From the NCBI RefSeq assembly GCF_009914755.1, contig NC_060941.1: a DNA stretch of 64,000 nt. The stretch is one strand, 5' to 3'. Made by a program: the position numbers and the translations under genes. Of this stretch, positions 46,700-64,000 are shown one piece after another. The stretch's first letter is position 1, and each line of letters begins with the position of its first letter. The notes below the pieces were generated by a model. That model did no database searches. It was not told where the DNA came from and worked only from the letters and a program-made list of their open reading frames with translations. Source of the DNA: the human T2T-CHM13v2.0 reference genome, Homo sapiens.

Positions 46700-47300
46700 G
46701 ACTCTTATGAGCTGCGGCAGAGCGCGACCCGTTCCCCCAGGGCCCTCCAAGCTCCTCCTGCCCGGGCCGGCAGGTGAGCTGGAGGCTCCGGGACAGGCGG
46801 CGCCCTCCGCCCTGCACACACCTAGGGCCCTGCTGTGACTGCCCCCTGGCCAGACCCAGGCCTTGAAGCGTCCCCACCCCATCTCGGTGACTGACGGCGG
46901 CATCGGCCTCTCTCAGCCGGGACCCCGCCCGGCCGCTGGATCTCCTGGCCCAAGCCTGCCGGGCCTCGACGAAACTCCACCAAGCCGCCGGCACGCAGCG
47001 CCTTTGGGTGGCAGCGGGAGTGGCGGGCCGGGAAGCCTGGCGGCCGCCCGAACACCACCCAACGGAGGACCTGAGGGTGCAGAGGTCCCGGGAAGGCGGC
47101 CTCGGGACGCAGGCAGGCTCGGCTGCCTGGTTAGGCCTCGGAGCCGCGCAAACCCGGTCCCCGTGACCGCTCTGTCCCCATTGGCTGAGACCACCTAGTC
47201 CTGACCTCAACGGACAAAGGCCTTAACTGGCCTAGAAGGAGAACGGAGTTCCGAACGACGACCGGTAGAACAGTTAGCGGCCATCGGGCGGTTGGTCTTA
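46700..47300 (-). promoter_or_regulatory. CpG island; probable promoter and first exon of the minus-strand KRT18P55 non-coding transcript
   Basis: Abrupt GC/CpG-rich block in AT-rich flanks, GC box ccccgccc, reverse CCAAT (attgg at ~47180), and candidate minus-strand donor TAG|gtgtgt at ~46821. Link to KRT18P55 is from recalled annotation. Confidence 0.7.
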
Positions 47301-48102
47301 GTGCTACTAGACCTTGCTGCTGGAAGAGAGAAATAGTAGAATGACAGGCCATGTTTGGCCCGTTGGAAATGCCCACCACCCTTTGGGAAGATTTACTGGC
47401 CGTTTATAGAAGGCCTGTGTATATAATATGAAAAAGCTTCTCTCAACTCCACCCCAACCTTTTAATAGAAAATATTTGCCATATTTAGCCCTTCTATAGA
47501 TGGAAAAAGCCACGCTGTTTTACTTTTATAAGCAATATTGCATTAAATTTTTAATAATGAAGAAAATCCTTCCTGGGTCGAGTGGGGACTTAGAGAACTT
47601 TTCTGTCTTACAAGAGGTTTGTAAAATGCACTCCCAGGCTTTTCAAGAAATTAAAAACAATCTCTTGACAGTTTCCAAAGCAACTATTCATCAAGATGAT
47701 CTGCCTAGAGAGATAAACATACCCATATAATACTGTATTTGATCATAAGCAAGTTGTCACTGCAACTAAAATAAGTAAAAACAGTTTCAACAAATGATAG
47801 TTGCAGACAACTAAGAAGTTCTCTCTAATCATAGTTTTCACAGATCTCCCTGCTTCATTAGGAAGGAATAGCTCATAATTTGGTTCTAAATCAAAATGTC
47901 AATTTTCTGGTTCCCTTCTTGCAATACAGTATAGGGCATGAGGATTTGTGAGTCCCACAATGACCTAAGTCAAAAGACTAAAGACTTCAGTCTTTTGGTC
48001 TAGCCTAAATGAATTCAGTGTGTGGAATGATACGATAACCGGAATATTAACAAAAAGTTACTTTGCTTTCTCAAGGTAAAATTAAAATTCTAATTGAGGA
48101 AT

Positions 48103-48143
48103 TGCACATGTACCCCAGAACTTAAAGTATAATAAAAAAAAAA
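48103..48143 (+). mobile_element. Extremely 5'-truncated L1PA 3' end with A tail
   Basis: tgcacatgtaccccagaacttaaagtataataaaaaaaa is the canonical L1PA terminus. Confidence 0.75.
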
Positions 48144-49287
48144 AGGAAAAAAACTGGACTTCCCTGGGGAAAAATCCATTTGATGATGTGGCTTCATCGA
48201 GTATTCCTTTGTGAATTCCTGGATGAAATTTTCAAGGCAAACAGGAAAAGCACTGAAATTGCTGAATGGGTGAGCATTGTATGCCTGATTCATTAAATAT
48301 ATGCATTGGTAAATATATAAAAAAATTCTAATTGAATAAATAAAATTCAGTGATGGGGAACTCTAGCATGTAATTTGCCACATTGTATCATAAATGTTAA
48401 GTTTCTCTCACTAGACTCTGAAGTCCTCGAGGACAAGAACTAAGTCTTGTTTATCCTTTACAAACCTAATACTTAATATGGCAGCCAAACACTAGGGAAC
48501 AATTAGGTGCTAACATTAAGTGGCAATGATGAACAAGTTCTAGAACAAGATGGTGGTGGTGATGGTCATACAATATTGTTAATGTACTTAATGCCACTAA
48601 ACTATATACTTTTGCTTTAAGAGAAGGGGGTCTCGCTATGTTGCCCAGGCTGTCTTCAAACTCCTGGGCTCAAGGATCCCAGGCTCAGCCTCCTGACTAG
48701 CCGGAACTACGGGCTCCACTACACGTGGCTTGAATTATATACTTTAAAACAGTTAAAGTGATAAATTTTATTACGTGTATTTTACCACATAAAAATAATA
48801 AAAATAAAATTGTATGGCAAAGTCTATCCAAATGAAGAAAGGGGGAAAAAAGGAGAAAAATGGAATAGCAAGGGACAGGAGTATGTTTTCCAAAGACCAA
48901 AAAAAAATAAAAATTAAAAATAAAAAAATAAAAAAGGACTTATGAGTAGTTATTTCAGGAATAAGAAAAAGCACTCATCAACAAATGATTTTTAAAAAAT
49001 TTAAAATAGCTATTAATCCTGAAAGTCTGTCTTAAATTAACCTCAATATTTTGTCCAATGATTTTTTTTAAATAACACCTGCTTCTTGGCATTTTAATTT
49101 CTACTACATTTAAAATTTTAAGTTAATTTAAAGGTGTTAATTGCAAAGTACTTCTAAATTACTAAATAATAAATATTCAAATACTGAGATTAGCTCAAAC
49201 CTTATTATATTATAGAACACCAATGTACAGCCGAATATCAATTCTTTCACTCTACAGGTCTATACAATTTAATGATAAAAGAATAGA

Positions 49288-51480
<2,193 letters not shown>

Positions 51481-52249
51481 GTAAATGAAATGAGAAGAGG
51501 CTGGTTCATACAAGACAATTTTTATTTTATTCAAGTTAACCACGGTAAAGACTGAGTTCTTTCACATCCTTGCTCTTGTCCACTCCTCTCTCTCCATTTT
51601 TTCCATTTCTTTTCTTTTCTTTTTTCTTTTTTTTTTTTTTAACAGCGTGTGTTACCCAGGCTGTTTTCAAACTCTTGGGCCCAAGCAGTCCTGGTGCCTC
51701 AGCCTCCAGAGTAGCTGGGATTACAGGCCCACAGTCTTTTAAAGGTAATTAGCACTGTTAAAATTATGCCCATTAAGGACATTTTTTTGTAAGATGCTTT
51801 TCTTGAGACATTTTTGTTAGACTGAACACACAGGCAGAACTTAAAAAAAAATTTTTTTTTGTAAGAACTTTAATCTTACCTCTAGATACATTATCTAGTC
51901 TGACAGCCTGGTCACAGGTGAGGAAAGGTTGTGCTAGCAATGTCTTTAATTTTTTAGTACATTGTGGCCCCTTTTATTAAAATATACTATTAAACACAAA
52001 TAATACAAATGTAAAACAGATGTTGTTAAAAGTTCACGCTACACTGTAACAAGTAAAAACTGAAAGAAAGCCCTCCTTTCTCCTCTGTTTCATTTCTTAG
52101 AGGTAACCATTGTTTTCAATTTGTTACCAGTTTTTTAGTAAAGTTTTAAAATTTTAAAATACACATGCTGTTTGGAAGATGTGCTTCAGAAATATTGCAT
52201 ATGAGTTTATTGTAATTATTAACTTTTGTTTTGTTTACTTTTATATAAA

Positions 52250-53050
52250 TAGACTTTATTTTTTTCAAGTAGCTTTAGGTTCACAGCAAATTTGAGCTGA
52301 AAGTAAAGACATGGCCTCCTACACATTTGTTATAATACATTTGTTACAATAGATGAAAGGTCCACTTCTGGTGTAGTTCTATGCATTTTGGAAAATGTAT
52401 AGTGACATTTATCTATCATTATAGTATCATAGAGAATAATTTCACTGCTCAAAAAATCCCCAGTGTCACCTGTTCATCCCTTTACTTTCTTCCCTTCAAA
52501 TTCCTGGCAAGTACTGATCTTTTTACTGTTTCCGTAGTTTTGCCTTTTCTAGGATGCCATATATTTCCAATCGTTATGTAGCCTTTTCAGATTGGCTTCT
52601 TTCACATACTGCTGAATATGTATCCAAGATTCCTCCATGTCTCTCCTGGCTTGATAGCTCATTTCTTTTTAGCCATAAATAATACTCCACTGTCTGGCAT
52701 ATCACAGTTTGCTTATCTATTCACCTACCAAAGGACACCTGAATTGCTGCCAAGTTTTGGCAATTATGAATAAAGAATGCTATAAATATTGGTGTTTTGG
52801 TTTTTGGGTAGACATAAATTTTCAGCTCCTTTAGTTAAATACTAAGGAGTGTGATTGCTGGATTGAACGGTAAAAATAGGTTTAACTTCGTAAGAAACTG
52901 CCAAAGTGTCTTGTCTTCCCTTTGACAGTGTCTTTTGCAGAGTAGAAGTTTTAAATTTTAATAAAGTCTAACTTACCAATTCCTTCTTTCATGGGTGTGC
53001 CTTTGGTTTTCCAATTAAAAAGTCATCACTAACCCCAGTGACACCTAGTA
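52250..53050 (-). mobile_element. L1M (L1MA/MB/MC-type) 3' fragment
   Basis: Typical antisense L1M text: ttttggcaattatgaataaa...gtgattgctggatt...ggtttaacttcgtaagaaactgccaaa. Confidence 0.7.
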
Positions 53051-54269
53051 TTTTGTTTGCTTTTACTTGGTGTTCGTGTCATTGTGATGAGACTACATTT
53101 ATTTTAGCAGTAGGAGGAAAAAGTTTTGTGCTTCACTACCAGGGATTACTATGATTGTTGTGATACTGTGATTGTTTACTTTTGTGGGAGTTGATGGTGT
53201 TTATGTTTTTGCATTAACGTTAAAGAAATCAATTAGCCTTTTTAATAGGGTAACTTTAATTCAGCTTAAATCTGCAAATTTGTGGGATTTTAGACCAAGA
53301 AATGGCCTGAAAGAGTGTCTAGTTCAAGTTCATTTTACAAATGAAGGTACAAAGAATGAGGAATATGACATGATTTGCATGAGGTCATACAGTGAATTAT
53401 TAATGAAGACAGGACTTAGAATTGCTGATAACCATTTTAAAGAACTGAAAGATGTATTGATAATTTTTCTTGTATAATAAATAATTTTGATGATGTGTTT
53501 ATTTCTTATTCTTTTTGACTTGGTGTTGTGGCTCCTAATTTTTAAAAGGGTAAGTTTTAAAACAGTGAAAAATATAAACAGTTTTTATACTTTTCAAGGA
53601 ATCTACGATCTAGTGGGAAATATGTCCAGAGACATGGGCTCCAATCAGTGTTGCTCAGTGGAAAGGGACAAACTTTCGGAAACAGGTTCAGAGGATGTAA
53701 CAGTGCCACCAAATAGAGGCAATTGGGGGCGGGGGTAGGGTGGCCTTCAGCCAAATAGTAAAATACATAGAGATGGGGGAGGTAAGCAGGGGTGGGGTGA
53801 GAAGGGTGGGTGCATTTTAAGTAGACAGAAAAGTGAAGCAAAAGTTGAGAGGTGAAGAAAGAGCTTTGTACAGTTGCTGCCAAAGAGGCAAGTGGCCAAT
53901 TTGGCATGGCCTGCTCCAAGTACCTTTCAGCTGGGGTTACAATGCTAGAATTCGCTTTCTGCCATCATTGGGTCCACTGTTAGGCTAATGGTGTTTGTCT
54001 TGTCACAATATAAATACTTTTTTAAAGGCACTAAACATTGTTCTCATAAGGACAGGGTCATTCTTTCCACACTGTTGTCTTCCTCAGTTGACCTCTCTTA
54101 GAGCCATTTGCATTCTAAGACTTATCTGACCTCATCAAATTAAGAGCTATGGTCCCCTACTAAAGAAATTTCAAACAGCTGGACAGAATGTTTTTGGACA
54201 GAGGAACCATCCACTGAAAGTGCTTGGCCTTGAAAATCTTTATAGGTAACAAATTTGGCTAGGTGACAT

Positions 54270-55582
<1,313 letters not shown>

Positions 55583-55635
55583 TTCATGTTCTCATTCAAG
55601 TGAATGGTTTGGAGAAGTGAGAGAGGAGCTGTATA

Positions 55636-56356
55636 CAAAAGTCCCCCTTATCCGTGGGGGAACATGTTCCAAGACCCCCAGTGGAGGCCTGAAACCATAG
55701 GTAGTACTGAACCATATTGTTTTTTCCTATACATACAAACCTATGATAAAGTTTAATTTATAAATCAAGCACAGTAAGACATTAACAATAAAATAGAACA
55801 AGTATAACAATATACTGTAATAAATAGTATGTGAATGTGCTCTCTCTCAAAATATCTTACTGTTCTCTAGATCTTAGCAACCTCAGCATTATTTCCTAAA
55901 TCAAAAATCTTCACCTTTTCACATAAAGGAACTTTATGGTTTCTCATTGGCATATCCGAATTGTCACATCGCTACCATTGCACTTTAGGGCCTTTGAGAG
56001 GGGTCTCACTGTTGTGGAGGCTGGAGTGCAGTGAGGTGATCACAGCTCACTGCTGCCTCAAACTCCTGGGCTCAAGAGATCCTCCCACCTCAGCCTCCTA
56101 AGTAGCTGGGACTACAGGCAAGCCACCATGCCCAGCTAATTTTTTTTTAAGAGATGGGGTCTTGCTATGTTGCCCAGGCTGGTCTTAAACTCCTGGCCTC
56201 AAGGGGTCCTCCTGCCTCGGCCTCCCAAAGTGATTACAGGTATGAGCCACCACACCTGGCCCACTATTAAATAACATAAGGCTTACTTGAACACAAGCAC
56301 CGTGATAACTCAATGGTCAATTTGATAACCAAGATGGCTACTAAGTGACTAACAGG
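55636..56356 (+). mobile_element. MER44/Tigger7-type DNA transposon split by an AluJ (~55995-56262, -)
   Basis: gtcccccttatccgtggggg...ttccaagacccccagtgg...cctatgataaagtttaatttataaat, resuming at ccactattaa...aacacaagcac...gatggctactaagtgactaac. Confidence 0.7.
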
Positions 56357-58249
56357 AGTAGTTAGTCTGGGAACAGAGTGGAGTCTGAGAAAGAGCAAAC
56401 TGCCTTTAAAGATTTATGGTGTGAACAAAATGGGCTCTCTCCTCAGGTGACCTAAGGTTTCCCAGGCATTGACTTTTTTTTTTTTTCCTGGAAAAAAAGC
56501 AGCAGCTAATTCTGAGTCCTCCCTCCTGAGCCCCTGGTAGAGTGTTCTCTCCATGGAGCCCGGCTCCCCCCTCGGAGCAGGACAAACAGCCCTGAACACC
56601 CCTGCCTCCCTGTGGCTGCCGGCTCTGTGGTCCTGGGCAAGGCTGACCTGAGACTTGGGGGACGCCAGAACTGTGTGCCCTCACGATGCTCAGCCACCCA
56701 TGCTGTTCATCCCCTGCTCCCCACCCAAAGACCTCCACATTTCTCCTACTGTCTCCTTCCAACCTGCTCCTCCTCCTCTCCAGCCAAACCCCTCCACTGT
56801 TACCTCCCCCAGTAACTGGCACTTGGCTGAGGACTCAGCTTCCCCACAGCCCTCTCCAGCGCAGGCTATTCACCTTCTCGCACCCTTCAAGGTCAGGATA
56901 AGCGGCCTCCTCCCTCCGCAAGGCCATGTCCACACAGTTTCCCCTCCACTCTCATCCCATGCTCACCTTCCTTCTGGTTACTCCCCCGTGTGCAGTGGCA
57001 TTTTCGCCACCACCACCCTGGGTGGCCTTCCCTTGACCTCATCTCCAAAGACCTTCCCCTCCACTCCATTTCAGCCGCACACTCCCACGGGCAGAACCTC
57101 TTCCTGACCCCAGGAATTCAGGTATTGCATGCCCTCCTCATAAGCTCCCACCCTTCCGGCCCAGTGACTCCCATCACGCTGGCACGTGTTCCTCAGCAGG
57201 CCTCCACTGTCTCCCTGTCTTACAGCCCCCTTTGGCCTCACCTCTCCCTCTCCCCCTACCTAGCTTGAACTGCAACCTTCTGCACCTCAATCACTCTTCT
57301 TCAGCTCTTCAAAGCCACCTTTCGCTTTTCTGAACCCAAACTCTGTAGGGGTCCAACAGCCTTCTTCTGGGTAGACCCCGCACTAGAGAAATGCAAAGCA
57401 CACAGCCTAAGAGATTGGGGCCTCCGGGTCAGCGGCCCCCCACCTCAGCTGGGCCTTCAACACTGCCATAATCCCTCTGTCCTAGCCCATAGCGCCCCAA
57501 GGGAAGGGGAAGCTGGGCGGAGCGCAGTGCACCCACCTAACCCACCCCAATCCTTCCATTCCCTCCGCCTCCTCCAGGGCTTTGAGCCGCATTTCCTGCT
57601 CTTCTCGAGTAGGGGTAACCTCTCCCACTGTCAAAACTAAACTAGCTCAAGTCTTTCTCACCTGCAAAATAAACTCTCGAGTGCATCTCTCTCCAGCTAC
57701 TGCCCCATGTCTTCTCCCCTTCGTGACCAGCTGTCTACACTTCCTGCCTCCATTTCCCCACTTTCTTACTCCCTGGCTCCTGCCCCCACGACACAACTGT
57801 TCCCCACAGGGCCACAGGCGGGCATCACTCAGTGTTGACAGGCTGCCCCTCCCTGTGACATAGCCCCCTGCTAGTACGCTCCTATCTCAGTCCCCTCCTC
57901 CCATGACCTGAGGCTGGAGCTCCCCCAGGATCTCTCCCAGGCCCTCTGCTCGCCATCAAAGGCGGATGCCTCACAAGCTTACGACTCCAGACAGGCTCAC
58001 CCAACTGCCTCCTCCACCCAACGCTGCAGCCCACTCAAGGTCCACGTAGTCCAAGCTGCATTCCTTCCTCGCACTCCCTTGCCCTGTGTCCCCTCTTAGC
58101 AAATGGCAGCCTCGGCGATCCTGCCCCGAGACAGGCCTGCGCCCAGCGTGGAGATGAACATCAGTATTTGCTGAACGTGTAAACGAATCCTTGACCTTCC
58201 CTCATGCTCCACAGCCGGTGAGGATTCCTGTCCATTTTACTGCCTCCTA

Positions 58250-59500
58250 CGTCCCTCGAGTCCTCCCCTCTGCTTCTTTGTTCACCGCGGCCAGCTGCCT
58301 CCCCAGACCCGCAACCCCGGCTGGGCCGGGAACCTGCACCGCGGCGCTCGTGCCCCGCTCTGCGACCCCTGCTCCGTGACGGCCGCACTGCACCGGGGTA
58401 CCGCGGCCCAGCACAGGCGCTGGTCACTAGTACACGAACTAGCTAGGACTACAGGTGCACACCACCACACCTGGCTAATTTTTTATTTTTTGTAGAGATA
58501 ATGTCTTACTAAGTTACCCAGGCTGGTCTTCTGGGCTCAAGCCATCCTCCTGCCTCGGGCTCCCAAAGTGCAGACATTACAGGCATGACCCACCGTGCAC
58601 AGCGTCAGCTTTATTTTTTTAATGCTGACTTACTGCAGAAGGCCCAAGGGCCAGTGCAGTTTTCATACTGCTGTTGTAGTGGCGAACGGAGCCACGAGGG
58701 AAGGGAGCGCCGCCGGCAGCTGCCGGGACACCAGGATACCACGCGGCCAGCACCGAAACGCTAGGCTCGCGCTCACAACCGCAATCTACACTGAGTAGCC
58801 GCGCGCCGAACGGCGTGACTAAGCCCCGCCCACACGGCGCTCCTGGCGGCCAATGGAAATGGCTTACGAGACGCCTTCTCCACGCGCTATACTTATACGG
58901 ACCAATGGGTGCGCCCTGTGGGGAGTGCCGCCCCCTGTCCACGAGCCTCCTCTTCTCGCCAGCCAATGGAAGCGGTCTGCCTAGCCCTCGCGGGGGCAAG
59001 GCGGCGACCGAGGCGCGTGGGTCTGGGAAGGCGCGCGGATTTGGCCCCTCTTCTCACATCAGCGGGTCCAGGCCCAACCGACAGACTATGGGGGCTCCGG
59101 CAACCAGGCGCTGCGTGGAGTGGCTGCTGGGCCTCTACTTCCTCAGCCACATCCCCATCACCCTGTTCATGGACCTGCAGGCGGTGCTGCCGCGCGAGCT
59201 CTACCCAGTCGAGGTGAGGGGCGCCCCTCTTATCCCGGCCCGCTGAGGCTCTCCCGCGCGCTGCGTCCACAGGGCCTTCACCTCCTCCGCGCTCGCGCAC
59301 TCTGGGTTCCAGTTGCCTCTCTCGGGTCCTGCCCATGCCTCCCCCGCTCCTAACCCAACTTTAGTTCGGTGTTTTCCTCGGGCTTTGTCTCTATCCCAGC
59401 CCCTTCTCCCAAGCGGCGGGGGCGAACGCTTTGTTTCCTTTAAAGTCACTTCTTCCCTGGGTTTAAGGTTTCCCGCGATTCCACCTCTGGCCGGTTGTCA
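58250..59500 (+). promoter_or_regulatory. TMEM97: TMEM97 CpG-island promoter with three CCAAT boxes and GC boxes
   Basis: CpG-rich; CCAAT at 58850, 58902 and 58963; ccccgccc at ~58824; no clear TATA. Confidence 0.85.
59088..59213 (+). CDS. TMEM97: Transmembrane protein 97 (sigma-2 receptor/MAC30), coding exon 1; later exons not found in the window
   Basis: [42 protein letters not shown] (42 codons), Kozak actATGg, donor GAG|gtgagg. Confidence 0.97.
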
Positions 59501-60458
59501 GTGTCTGAGGGAAGTAGTCTGGATGAAGTGGTGTCCAAAGTCACATGTTAGGTTTGCTTTAAGCTTCTGGTTTTTTGTTTGTTTGTTTGGAAGGGCTTTA
59601 AAATACCAGTCTGATCCCAAAGAAAAAATCCGAGTAGAAATAGACCTGTCTGAAGGTTTAGCACCTTGGTTGGTGCAGCTGGGGCGTTCACAGATCGTCA
59701 CTGCTTCGAGATCAGGTTCCAGCAACTTCCAGAGCTCAGGAGTAAATTGCCATCTTTTCAGATTGGCTCTTCAATATTGGGTTCGAGTAACAATGATCTC
59801 CTGAGTAAAAATAAAGGTGAAAATCCCGATTTCCTGGTTGTTGGAGAGCATTCTTTCAACCCCAAACTCTGCTTTAATGCTTTGTTTTTTTCTTCAAAGC
59901 TATAGTTTTAGTTTCCCGGTTCGTTGAGGTTTTTTTCTCGTATCTGGACCCTGTGACCTTCTTCCATGGAATTCCTGTCCTCAGTTTTGTTTCTCCATCT
60001 TATCTATAACTGTAGGCAGGACTGACTTGTCTACCCGAAGATTTTATTTTGCGTCTGTTTTTCCTTAAATGCTTTTTATCTGCCGAGGAGGGGTTCTTTA
60101 CCTGAGGGTCATGAACTCCCAAAAATGGGTGCAAGTGTGTGTGCCTTTTGTTTCCTGCAAGGAGAATATAGCTTCCATCGACTTTTCAAGGGGCCTAACT
60201 CTCCCAAAAAGGCCACGGCTCAAGAATGTTCTACCACTCCCATAAGTCACTCTTTTTTGTTTGCTTCTAGAACCAAACACAACTGGAAGACCTCTGACCT
60301 CCTTTTGCATGGGAAAAGCGTAGGTAGCGTGTAGCAAGTTGCAGTCTGGGGACTTGGTTCTTCCAAGAACTGGAGGTGACTTGGGCAGGTCAGGGCTCTA
60401 TATCCTCCTCAACTGTTGAGAGAGTTGAGTTAAATTATAAGCTCAAACATATACAGGG

Positions 60459-60915
60459 TGGGTTAGTTTTCATATTGCTGTTGTAGTTACCACAAATGTA
60501 GTGATTTAACAGATTTATTTGTTTACAGTTCTGGAGGCCAGAAGTTCACAATGAAATCTTACAGTGCTCAAATCAAGGCAGGGCTCACTCCTTCTGAGGG
60601 CTCCAGGGGAGAATCTGGTTCTTGCCTCTTCCATTTTCTGGTGGCTGCCAATGTTCCTTGGCTTGTGTTCACGTCACTTCAATCTCTGCTTCGGGTCATC
60701 ACATTGCCTCCCTTTCTGTAGTCAGAGTTCCCTCTGCTTCGCTTTTATAAAGACACTTGTCATACATTCAGGGCCCACCAGATAACCCAGAAAATCTCCC
60801 ATTTCAAAATCCTTAATTACATCTGCAAAGTCCCTTTTGCCAAATAAAGTAATAGTCACAGGTTCCAGGGATTAGGATGTGGTTATCTTTGGGGGCCATT
60901 ATTCAGCCTACTACA
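60459..60915 (-). mobile_element. MLT1-type MaLR solo LTR in TMEM97 intron 1
   Basis: cagttctggaggccagaagt...ggcccacca.gataa.ccag...atctgcaaagtcccttttgcca...ggggccattattcagcctactaca. Confidence 0.8.
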
Positions 60916-61297
60916 GGGCCAGAGAGTACAGACTCTTCCCAAAGACCGAAGAGGTCATCGCAGCTCTGCAGTAACCATTAATTGCCCTGAAGAAAGGAAA
61001 ATCTACTACAGTGTTGGCCTATCTGTGGTTTTTGAAACCTGTGTGGCCAGCAATACTCAGACAGGCTGCCTGTTTACAATCTCTGGTGTTATAGGACCTT
61101 TTAATACTTGGTAATTAGCCTGCTACTCCATGTAGCCATTCCAGACTTCACAGCTGTTGTCTTCTTTATCCTTCCTGGATGTGCCATTCTCACAAGCCCG
61201 TCTTGCTCACCCCTAACAAAATACACTTAAAAGGTGCTCAGCATCATATCATAAAGATCCCATTTAAATGTTTACATTTGATAAAATTTTCTCAGTC

Positions 61298-63958
<2,661 letters not shown>

Positions 63959-64000
63959 TCATTTTACAGATGAGGAAGTAGAACCCTGGAGAGGGACAGT

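Noticed and set aside
46613-47379. GC-rich ORFs up to 171 aa in the CpG island
   Set aside because: Stop-poor because of base composition, overlapping in several frames, with no recognisable protein.
56406-58100. Pro/Ser-rich ORFs in a C/T-skewed region upstream of TMEM97
   Set aside because: Compositional artefact, possibly an old LINE2-like remnant; no recognisable protein or splice structure.
59214-59804. Extension of the TMEM97 ORF past codon 42 and the 163-aa ORF at 59313
   Set aside because: Lies beyond the canonical GAG|gtgagg donor and is intron 1 sequence.

Overview
Alu-dense human genomic DNA, identified as 17q11.2 by an exact TMEM97 exon 1 peptide and a fully diagnostic AluYa5. 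The only intact protein-coding sequence is TMEM97 exon 1 (59088-59213, +) with its CpG-island/CCAAT promoter. Most of the first ~47 kb is a decayed mosaic of duplicated gene pieces whose parents lie at 17q21.3 or on the chr17 core duplicon: LRRC37 exon 1 in two oppositely oriented pieces, GOSR2 exons 3-4 with a KRT18 retrocopy just upstream, and GPATCH8 exons 2-3. A foreign-looking CpG island at 46.7-47.5 kb probably drives the minus-strand KRT18P55-type transcript. The most striking structure is a ~4.2 kb two-part tandem array (4625-8790) built from former LRRC37 coding sequence. Within it a 361-bp solo LTR with a CTTTT target-site duplication was amplified to five copies at 616/740/616/740-bp spacing. 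The array now holds 18 TGACTCAGCA (AP-1/Maf/NF-E2-type), 14 TTCCTAGAA (STAT/BCL6-type) and 5 YY1+GC-box+TATA cassettes, making it a candidate copy-number-variable enhancer/promoter battery. Several short templated duplications and palindromes also occur, one of them inside the TMEM97 promoter. Gene and repeat family names come from recalled sequences, not database searches.
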